DNA from: an uncultured Acidobacteriota bacterium | GTDB lineage: Bacteria > Acidobacteriota > Thermoanaerobaculia > UBA5066 > Gp7-AA6 | Assembly: GCA_963805495.1 (NCBI GenBank) | Contig: CAWDUQ010000002.1 | Location: forward strand, 164,138 to 228,137 | Reading direction: 5' to 3' | Length of the DNA: 64,000 nucleotides | In this document: in pieces, positions 17,991-27,942 of the stretch | Layout: every line of letters begins with the position of its first letter | How positions within the stretch are numbered: position 1 is the stretch's first letter | Position numbers and translations under genes: made by a program | The notes under the pieces: generated by a model | The model's database searches: none | Told to the model about the DNA's origin: nothing | The model's input: the letters and a program-made list of their open reading frames with translations, nothing else

Positions 17991-20900
17991 ATGAGGGCTT
18001 CCCTTCGTTCCGGCCTCCATCTCGCGATTCTTCTCGGCATCGCGACCCACGTCGGTCTGCGAGGTCAGCTCGCCGCTTCGGACATCTGGGTCGGCAACGG
18101 GCCCGAGGGCGGGATCGTCAACGCGCTGGTCGTCGACCCATCTGACTCGAGCACGCTCTACGCCGGAACGACCTGGGGTGGAGTCTTCAAGAGTGTCGAC
18201 AGCGGCGCGAGCTGGAGTCCATCAAACCTCGGTCTCACGGGTAGGTCGGTCATCGCGCTCGCGATCGATCCCAGCAATCCGGCCACGATCTTCGCGGGGA
18301 CGATGCCGCAGGGGGAAGGCCAGGTCGGGCTGTTCAAGAGCACCGACGCTGGCGGCTCGTGGGCGCCATCCGCCGCCGGGATGATCTATTTCTTTGGATA
18401 CTACGCTGCGGTGGAGAACATCGAGGTCGACCCTCTATCGTCCTCCATCGTCTACGCGGGAACCCAGGCCGGCGCCTACAAGAGCATCGACGGAGGGGCT
18501 ACCTGGGAGAGTATCGGTGACTTCAACACGGGCTGTTTTGTGGCGATTGATCCTTCGACGCCCACAACCCTCTACGTCGGTGCAGGAGGCGCGGTCTACC
18601 GGAGCACGGACTCCGGGGCTAACTGGTTGCCGACCGGCGAGTTCAGTGGGGCGACGGTTCTCGGGATCATCGTCGATCCTACCGATAGCCAAGTGGTCTA
18701 CACGGTTGACAGCAACGGCGTCTCAAAGAGCATGGACAGCGGATCCTCATGGCAGAGCCTCCCGACAGGTCTCACGTATCCAAGCCTCTGGGAGCTCGCC
18801 ATGGATCCGCTCGACCACAACGTTCTCTACGTCGGAGCGCGATCAGGGTATCTCGACGAGTACGGTGTTCTAAAGACCACGGATGGGGGCGCGAGCTGGA
18901 ACCCGGTCAATTTCGGCATCGAGGATCAATTCAGTGTGGGGGCCATCGCAATCAGCCCTTCGACGCGCGGCATCGTCTACGCGGGCGGCTGGTCGTCGAA
19001 CTACAACTCGAACTCGCGCTCGTCTCCAGGAGGCGTCTACAAGACCACGAACGGCGCGGCTGTCTGGGCTCCTGCAAACAGTGGCCTGGCAAATTCCTTC
19101 GTCCACAGCGTCACGATCGATCCCGTCAATCCCGATATCCTGTATGCGGGGCTTTCGAGCTACGTCTCTCCATCCACAACCAACTTTGGCGTCTCGCGAA
19201 GCCTCGACGGTGGCGCCTCCTGGGGGCTTGCGAGTGAAGGATTGCTCGACCCCTATTCCGCCAAGACATCGCCTGTCTACGACGTCGTCGTCGATCCGAC
19301 CAACTCGAGCAGGGTCTACGCTGCTGGAGTCGGCGGCGTGTTTCGGTCGCTTGACGGCGGCGACTCCTGGGACCTGTTCGGCACTGGAATTAGCCCGACT
19401 CAGAACGGTGTCGAAATCGCGATCGACCCGGCCACGCCTTCCACGCTCTATCTCGCCACGTCCAACGGCTACGGGTTGTACAGGAGCACGGGTGCCGGCG
19501 GCGTCTGGTCGCCGATAGGCTCGGCCTACACATTTGCTCTCGATCCAGCCTCGCCCAACGTCCTCTACGGCGCAGAGATCGGTGGAATCGTCCGGAGCTC
19601 CGATGGAGGCGACACCTGGAGCACCCCGGTACCAGTCTGCTACAACGTCTACGCCCTCGCTGTTGCTGCCAATTCCTCCGCCGTCTACGCCGGTTGCTAC
19701 CTGGACGGAGTCTGGAAGTCTACTGACGACGGCGCGAACTGGTCCCACACGGATGAGGGCCTGGGCAATTGGTCGGTAGTTTCCCTCTTGGCGGACCCGG
19801 TCGATCCAAACACGATCTACGCCGGCGCAAATCAGAATCAGTTCGACACCGGCGCCGTCTACCGCTCGACCGATGCCGGGGTTCATTGGACGACCGTCGG
19901 CCAGGGGTTCCCGCCTCTGTTTGCCTACGGGCTGGCCCTTTCGCCGACAGGCAAGCTCTACGCAGCCACGGAGGGAGCGGGCGTCCTTGTCGTCGATGTC
20001 TGCGCCCCCGTCGGGCCTCCGACAGCCGGCAACGACGGACCTATTTTCTGTGAGGGGCAGACCATCAACCTGACCGCCTCGACGATAACCGGAGCAACCT
20101 ATGGGTGGACGGGACCCGGCGGCTTCACATCTAGTCTCCAGAACCCGACCATCTCCAACGCAACCCTCGCCGCCTCAGGGACGTATTCTGTCGTCGCGAC
20201 TGTGGACAACTGTGACACGTCGCCGGCGGACACAACGGTCGCCCTCAACGAGGCTCCGATCGCGACCGCCACGGGGTCGGCGACGATCACGGTCGGCCAG
20301 TCGACGCCTCTCTCGGGGTCGGGAGGTATTTCGTGCGTGTGGTCGCCGCCGACCGGCCTCGACGACGCCAATTCGTGCTCGCCGAACGCGAGCCCTTCGG
20401 TGTCCACTGTCTACTCGCTCGTCGTGACCGGTGCGAACGGCTGTGGCTCGACCAACGGAGCGGACGCCACAGTCACTGTAACCGGGGTAGGCATCCCACC
20501 TTCTGAGCGGGCTGCCCTGATTGCGCTGTACAACAGCACGAATGGTCCCGGCTGGACAAACAACACGAACTGGCTCGGGGCGCCGGGGACCGAATGCACC
20601 TGGTCTGGGGTGACTTGCGGTGCCAGTGGCACTACAGTCACCCAACTCATACTCTCGAGCAGGAATCTCACCGGCACGCTGCCTCCGGAGCTGGGCCAGC
20701 TCACCAACTTGCAGTTCCTTCGCTTCGGTCTTAATCACTTGAGTGGGGGGCTTCCACCAGAGCTCGGGAGCCTCGCCAACCTTGTTGTTCTCGATTTGCA
20801 ACTGAATCAGCAGCTCACCGGTCCGATGCCTCCCGAGCTGGCGTCCCTCACTAGCCTTCAGACCCTCATCGTCGACTACAACCAACTGTCTGGAAGTATC

Positions 20901-23900
20901 CCGGCGTGGCTGAGCAACCTGCCCTCCCTCAAGGTCCTTAGTCTCTTGGCGAACCGCTTCACTGGGTCGATACCTCCCGAGCTGGGGAACAGCCAGACGC
21001 TTCAGGAGCTGAGCCTCGGGTCGAACCAGCTCACCGGGCCAATCCCGGCTGAGTTGGGCAACCTTCAGAGCCTCACCTATCTCATCCTCGGACCGAATCA
21101 ACTGACAGGCGGAATTCCACCGGAGCTCGGCAACCTCGGCCAACTCAGAACGCTCAACCTGGCCTACAATCCGCTGGGCGGTGTCGTACCCGCCGCCCTT
21201 GGGAACCTCTCACAGCTCACATCGCTCTACCTCCAGGCCGACGGACTCACGGGAACGATTCCCGCCGAGCTCGGCAATCTGTCGACGCTGGCTAATCTCT
21301 ACCTGAATGGCAACCTGCTGAGCGGGCCGATTCCGCCAGAACTGGGGAACCTTGCCGCCGCCCGCTTCGTTGACCTCGAAGGCAATCAGCTCTCGGGAGC
21401 GATACCAATCCAACTCGGAGGCGCTTCTCTTCTGCTCGAGTTGTACCTCCAGGGAAATCGCCTGGAGGGCACGATCCCAGCCGAGATCGGCGACCTGACG
21501 GCTCTTCACATACTGAAACTCAACTCGAACAAGCTCGCCGGGCCGGTTCCCGGCAGCCTGTCCAACCTCACACAGCTACAGTCAGGCGGCCTGGATCTCC
21601 GGTGGAACGCTCTCGACACATCGGACTCGGCGCTTCTGGCGTTTCTAAATTCCAGGCAGATCGGCGGTGACTGGGAGGGCACCCAAACCGTGGCGCCTAC
21701 AAGCCCGAGCCTCGAAAGCGCGACTCCAAATGGCGTAAGCGTCGGCTGGACACCGATTCTCTACGCCGGAGACCCGGGCTTCTATCAAGTCATCTATGGA
21801 ACGACGACCGGCGGCCCTTACACGCCCTTTGCGACGACGACGACCGACAAATCAGCGTCCGGGCTTGCCGTGAACGGGCTCACACCCGGCACGGCCTACT
21901 ACTTCGTCGTGCAGACGACGACGCTGCCCCACTCGAATAACCAGAACACGGTAGCCAGCAACCCGAGTGTCGAGATCTCCGGGTCGACACTGAGCGGCAC
22001 CCCTACCCCCACAACGACGCCAACGGCAACCAGCACAGCGACATCCACCCCCACACCTACCGCTACCGGAACACCAACCTCAACCAGCACGCCCACAAAC
22101 ACTCCGACGCCCACTCAAACGCCGACGGCCACTCCGACACCGACGCTCACGCCTACCCAGACCCCGACGCAGACGAGCACGCCCACCCCGGTTCCGACCC
22201 CTACGACCACCAGTACCCCTCCGAGCACGCCAACGAGCACTGCGACTCAAACGCCGACCCCCGCTCCGACGGTAACGCCGCCTCCAACCCTGACCCCGAC
22301 GAAAACGTCAACGAACGTCGCTACGATCACGTCAACGGCGACCAGCACACCACCGCCTGCACCCACAAACACGCCGACGCCAACCCAGACGCCGGCACCG
22401 CTTCCGTGCGGCCCGACGCCCGACGAGTTTCCAATCCCAACGGCTGTCAGTGGGCCTTTCTTGATTGCTGCCGGATCCGATGGCGCCATTTGGTTCAGTG
22501 AGAATGGCGCCGACAAAATCGGCCGAATCACTACAGAGGGTGTCATTGCTGAATTCGCGCTTCCAATAGGTAGTGTACCTACCGGCATAACCGCTGGGCC
22601 GGATGGCAACCTCTGGTTCACGGAAACTGGCGCCAACAAGATTGGTCAGATCACTACCGGAGGCGTCATCACGGAATTCGCTGTCCCGACCGTCTCTTTC
22701 CCTTTCGACATCACCGCGGGACCGGATGGCGCTCTCTGGTTCACCGAAAGGAATCCAGCGCAGATCGGCCGGATATCGACATCTGGCGCTATCACCGAGT
22801 TTGCCCTCTCCGATCCCAGCAGCTTTCCATCCGGCATCACTGCGGGACCTGACGACGCCCTCTGGTTCACAGAATCCGCTGGTATTGGCAAGATCGGCCG
22901 AATCACTACGGCCGGCGATATTACTGAATTCGCGATCCCCACGGCCAACAGCTTTCCCTTTGACATCGTCGCGGGACCCGACGGGGCCCTGTGGTTCACG
23001 AGCAACGAGAAGATAGGCCGAATCACTGTCGGTGGCGTGGTCACGGAATTCGGGCTGCCCTCTCCCGGCAGTTACGGCATTGCAGTCGGGGTCGATGGCG
23101 CCCTCTGGTTCACGAAGCCAAACACGAATAGCATCGGGCGGATCACCATTGCGGGTGTCATCACGTTTTTCGCCCTCCCGCCCCCGGTCGGCAGCTTTCC
23201 GCTAGGCATTGTCGCGGGACCCGACGGCGCCTTTTGGTTTACCGAGTCTCAAGGCAACAAGATTGGCCGGATCTGCACGGCGGTGACGCCGAGTCCGACC
23301 AATACACCGACGCCGACGGTCATGCCGTCTGACACACCGACGAGTACTCCGAGCTTTACGCCTACCGTTACGCCAACCAACACGCCGACACAGACTGTCA
23401 CGGCCACACCGAGTCCGTCGCCAACCCCCACGCCAACGCCAACGGCGGTGCCGACGAACACGCCAACGAACGTCGCTACGATCACGCCAACGGCGACCAG
23501 CACACCACCGCCTGCACCCACAAACACGCCGACGCCAACCCAGACGCCGGCACCGCTTCCGTGCGGCCCGACGCCCGACGACTTTCCGGTCCCAACACCC
23601 TACAGCCAGGCTTTCGGTATCGCCGCCACGCCCGATGGTCCTCTCTGGTTCACGGAACTGAGCGGCAACAAGATCGGTCAAATCACCACGGCCGGGGTCA
23701 TCACCGAGTTCCCTATCCCTACGGCCGACAGTCAGCCTACTGGCATAGCGATGGGTTCGGACGGCGCTTTCTGGTTCACCGATCGAACGTCAACCAGGTC
23801 GGCCGAATCACTACGGCTGGCACAATTACCGAGTTTCCAATTCCCACGGCGAACAGTCGGCCTATAGGCATTACGCCGGGGCCGGACGGCGCCCTCTGGT

Positions 23901-24700
23901 TCACAGAGACCAACGGCAACCAGATCGGCCGGATCACCACGGCCGGGGCCATCACGGAGTTCCCAATCCCCACGGTCAGCAGTCGGCCTGTCGGGATCGC
24001 TGCGGGGGTTGACGATGCCCTCTGGTTCACCGAGACCAACGGCAACCAGATCGGTCGAATAGCAACGGACGGCGCTATCACAGAGTTCACAATCCCTACG
24101 GCGGGCGGCCCCCCCTATGCCATCGCGCCAGGGCCCGACGGCGCGCTGTGGTTTACCAAGCCGAACGCCGATCAGATTGGCCGAATAACGACGGCCGGCG
24201 TCATTACTGAGTTTTCCGTTCCCACCGACGGTCACCCCATCGGCATCACCGCCGGCGCGGACGGCGCTCTCTGGTTCGCCGAGAACGTCGTGAACCGAGT
24301 CGGCCGGATAACAACGACCGGCGCCATCACTGAGTATGACCTTACACCTTCGGGTCCGCCCGACCACATTGCCGCTGGATCGGATGGAGCCCTTTGGTTC
24401 ACGCGCGACATCGGCGACGCCATCGGGCGCATCTGCACGACTGCGGCACCGAACCCGACGAACACACCGACACCGACGATCACGTCGTCCAACACACCGA
24501 CGAAGAGTCCTAGCAACACGCCTACCGTTACGCCAACCAACACGCCGACACAAGCTGTCACGGCCACACCGAGTCCGTCGCCAACCCCAACGCCAACGGC
24601 GGTGCTGACCAATACCCCGAAACCGACGAAGACGCCGAACCCGACAAAGACGCCGAAGCCTACGAAGACGCCGAAGCCTAGGAAGACGCCGAAGCCATGA
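17991..24700 (+). CDS. Giant secreted mosaic surface protein, about 2,230 aa if one frameshift near 23,786 is bridged. Domains: BNR/Asp-box beta-propeller, Ig-like, about 13 plant-type LRRs, FN3, Thr/Pro linkers, two Vgb (streptogramin-lyase)-like beta-propellers, and a Lys/Pro/Thr-rich tail.
   Basis: Strong RBS GAGGAGG 7 nt upstream of the ATG, then a signal peptide. About 13 S-x-D-x-G-x-x-W repeats ([18 protein letters not shown] and so on). 24-residue LRRs (LxxLxxLxLxxNxLSGxIPxELGNL). An FN3-like domain. TPTPT linkers. WFTE...IGRIT..G.ITEF repeats characteristic of the virginiamycin B lyase fold, present in two copies. The ORF-track pieces are 17991..23867 and 23561..24700. Confidence 0.7.
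22309..22426. repeat. 118-bp direct repeat R1, copy 1 (linker preceding the first Vgb-like propeller)
   Basis: About 99% identical to 23464..23581, with one mismatch. Encodes ...[37 protein letters not shown]. Confidence 0.85.
23358..23455. repeat. About 95-bp direct repeat R2, copy 1 (linker following propeller 1). Copy 2 lies at 24518..24608.
   Basis: The string acgcctaccgttacgccaaccaacacgccgacaca[g/a][a/g]ctgtcacggccacaccgagtccgtcgccaacccc... occurs twice. Copy 1 carries a 6-nt insertion. Confidence 0.8.
23464..23581. repeat. 118-bp direct repeat R1, copy 2 (linker preceding the second Vgb-like propeller)
   Basis: See copy 1; seen directly in the sequence. Confidence 0.85.
24518..24608. 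repeat. About 91-bp direct repeat R2, copy 2 (linker following propeller 2)
   Basis: Near-identical to 23358..23455. Confidence 0.8.
24623..24694. repeat. Four 18-bp in-frame tandem repeats (cc[g/t]a[c/g][g/a]aagacgccgaa[c/g]) encoding (P)TKTPKP units at the C-terminus of the giant protein
   Basis: Direct reading of 24623-24694. Encodes [26 protein letters not shown]. Confidence 0.8.
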
Positions 24701-24830
24701 GAGGACCTACAAACCTAGCGCTTCGCCGCCGGCGCGAACGGGAGCCACAACGGAGGCGATGCGCGTTTGCTGGACCGGTTCGTACCCGCATGTCGACTTC
24801 GGGAGGACCTCCTTTGTCACCGAGAGATGA

Positions 24831-27800
24831 ATGGACGGCTCCCTGGCGGATTCCCCCGCAATCACAGCGCTTGCGAAGGGAGGCTCGCATGAATCCGGAT
24901 TCCGGACTTCAGATCAAGGGACAACTCCGGCTATCACGAGAGTTCTTGTCTGCTTTTTTCTCGGCGTCCTCTTGCTTCGACTTGTTGCCGGCGCTCAGAT
25001 CATCAGCGACTCTCGAGTCGCCGGTCACGCTGGCGCATTTAGAGAGCGCATTGGCGACATACGCATGCCTTTTGTCTCGAATGCCGGGCAGAGCGACCCT
25101 GCGGTTGCGTTCTACGCTCGGACCTTCGCCGGCACCGTCTTTGTCACTCGAAGGGGCGAGATCGTCTATTCGCTTCCACGGGCGGTCAGAGACGCCGGAG
25201 CGACTCAAAAACCCCGAGGACCCGCTCTCGAGGCGGATGCCGCGGGCTGGAGCCTGAGCGAGACGCCTGTCGCCGGGAAGGGTCGAGTTACCCCAGGCCA
25301 AAGGGCACCCGCCCTTGTCAGCTACTTCACTGGCTCTGATCCTGCTCGGTGGCGAACGGGCGTTCGCACATACGAGACCGTAGTGCTTGGCGAGGTCTGG
25401 CCGGGCGTGAGCCTGTCCCTGCGCGCCAGCGGTAACAATGTGGAAAAGGTCTTCACGATACGGCCCGGAGCGGACTTCTCTCGCATCCGGATGCGCGTCG
25501 CCGGCACACGGTCGCTCCGAATCGACGACGACGGTGCACTCATTGCGGCAACGGGGCTGGGAGAGGTGACGTTTACGCGCCCTCTTGGCTACCAGGAGCG
25601 GGACGGCGCGCGCCTGCCCGTCAAGGTGGGATACCGCGCGCAAGGTCGGCAATACGGCTTTTCAATCGGCGAACATGACCCTGCGCTGCCAGTAGTCATC
25701 GACCCCCTGTTGCAGGCGACATATTTGGGTGGCAGTGGCATGGAAGGTCAGTACTCCGTCGCTCTCGCTATCCACCCGACGACGGCGAAGTGTTCCTCGC
25801 TGGGTACACGTTCTCCGCCGACTTTCCTGGAACTGCCGGAGGGGCACAGCCGGCGAGCGGAGGCAGTATCGACTGTTTTGCGCGCGCCTGGACGCTGCTC
25901 TCACCACGCTGAGCCAGGCGACCTATTTCGGCGGCAGCTCCTTCGACCTCGCCTTTAGTCTCGCCGTCGAGCCAACGTCCGGCGACGTACTCATGGCCGG
26001 ATAACATCCTCCACCAACCTTCCGGGCACTACGGGTGGGGCCCAGCCGGTGAACGCGGGCAATCAGGACGCTTTCATCGCGCGCTTTGACGCTACTCTTG
26101 ACACGCTGTACCAGGCGGTCCTATCTCGGAGGCAGCTCCGACGAGTTGGCCTATTTCCTTGCTCTCGCGATTCACCCGACCTCAGGCGAAGTTCTCGTCT
26201 CCGGGTCAACGGACTCGTTCAATTTTCCCGGTACAGTCGGTGGGGCGCAACCCTCGAAAGGCACCTTCGGTGATGCTTTTGTTGCACGCTTGAACGCCGG
26301 CCTCACTACGCTCAACCAAGCGACCTATCTCGGCGGCAATGGTGACGATCTTGGCGGCGCCATGGCCATCGACCCTGGGTCTGACGATGTGCTCGTAGCC
26401 GGGAGCACGAACTCCACCGATTTTCCCGGGATAGCCGGAGGAGCCCAGGCTTCGAACGCGGTGACGGGGACGCTTTCATCGCGCGCTTGAACTTCAGTCT
26501 CACAGCGCTGAACCAAGCGACGTATCTCGGTGGTGGGGACACGAAAGCTGGCCGCGCTTGCCATCCATTCGAGCTCCGGGGACGTGTACATCTCCGGGGC
26601 CACGCTCTCCACTGACTTCCCGGGCACCGCGGGCGGCGCGCAGCCGGCCCATGGCGGCGGTTTCTACGACGCCTTTGTGGCGCGCTTGAATGGAAGCCTA
26701 ACGATACTGAACCAGGCGACCTATCTTGGTGGTGGTCGCCGAGACTCTTTTCTGCGCTCGCTATTCATCCGGCCTGGGGAGAAGTGTTCATTGCGGGCCA
26801 GACGTTTTCAGCCAATTTTCCCGGCACTGCCGGGGGAGCCCAGCCGGCATTCGGCGGTGGTAGTGGTGACGTCTTCGTCGGGCGGCTAAGCGTCAGTCTC
26901 ACGACGCTGAACCAGGCGACTTTTCTCGGAGGCAGCGGGGGCGACGCGTTCAAGGTGTCGCCATCGATCCGACTTCCGGCGACGTGTTTGTTGCCGGTCA
27001 GACGACTTCAACCGACTTTCCCGGCACCGTCGGTGGTGCCCAGCCAGCGAACGCTGGCGGTAGCGGCGACACGTTCATTGCGCGCCTGACGCCTGACCTG
27101 GCCGGCATTCCCACGATCGCACCCTCTTCAGGGCCCGCGTCGGGTGGGACCGTGGTCACGATTACTGGTAGCGGGTTTCAGGTCGGCGCCACCGTCACGA
27201 TCGGGAATGCACCGGCAACGGGAGTTTCCGTCGTCAACTCTCACCAGATCACCGCTACCACTCCGGCACTTGCTGCTGGCTCCCTGAACGACGTTGTCGT
27301 CACCAATCCGGGATCCTTGCCGATGTCGCCGCAGCTCGTGCTCGTCGGGGGGTTTTTCGCGGACTTTCCGACGTACCTCTCCCAGACCCGTTCCATACCT
27401 TCATCGAGAAGGTCTTCCGCAAGGGCATCACCGCCGGCTGTGGCGGGGGCAACTATTGCCGCGACAACTCCGTCACGCGGGCGCAGATGGCGGTGTTCCT
27501 GCTGAAGGCGGAGCATGGCGCCATTTTCGACCCACCTGATTGCGCCGGCATTTTTCCGCGATGTTCCCTGTACTCCTGGTATGGGCTTTTCGGACTGGAT
27601 CGAGCAGCTCGCGGCCGAGGGAATCACGGGTGGCTGCGGAGGTGGTAACTACTGCCCCAACGACCCCGTTACGCGGCAGCAGATGGCGGTCTTTCTCCTG
27701 AAGACCAAACATGGCCCGGGCTACGCGCCGCCGTCCTGCGCGGAATCTTCGGCGACGTTCCCTGCCCGAGCACGTTTGCGATTGGATCGAGCAGCCCGCT

Positions 27801-27908
27801 GCCGAAAACATCACCGGAGGTTGCGGCGGCGGGAACTACTGTCCTTCGTACCCGAACACGCGGGGGCAGATGGCGGTGTTTCTCGTGAAGACGTTCAATC
27901 TGCAATGA
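24831..27908 (+). pseudogene. SBBP (seven-bladed beta-propeller) repeat protein with an N-terminal DUF7948-like domain and C-terminal SLH-like domains. It is broken into at least 8 frame segments: either a decayed pseudogene or a region dense in sequencing errors.
   Basis: The first segment has a signal/TM stretch, then ...RMPFVSNAGQSDPAVAFYARTFAGTVFVTRRGEIVYSLP (DUF7948-like). The unit LNQATYLGGsg.D.a.aiAid..g.v.vAG.T.S.dFPGTaGGAQP..gG..DaFvArL recurs in ORF fragments 25729-26004, 26086-26490, 26530-26889, 26784-27089 and 26984-27505. The 3' end encodes two GCGGGNYCP-type SLH-like modules (27391-27908), again split across three frames. Confidence 0.55.
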
Positions 27909-27942
27909 CCGACTGTGTGGCCGAGAGAGGAAGTCGCGAGGG

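Noticed and set aside
20175-21143. Minus-strand ORFs (322 aa and shorter) inside the LRR region of the giant gene. Similar minus-strand ORFs at 22247-22639, 22646-23044, 23202-23681 and 23732-24553.
   Set aside because: These are antisense to a strongly supported repeat-protein coding frame. Their periodicity simply mirrors the sense-strand LRR or propeller repeats. No starts, SD sequences or domains.
21900-24620. Possible CRISPR array or non-coding tandem repeats suggested by the highly repetitive acgccgac / ccgacgcc DNA
   Set aside because: The repeats are in-frame codon repeats (Thr-Pro linkers) within a continuous ORF. Unit lengths are 6-18 bp, and there are no spacers of unique sequence. 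Not CRISPR.
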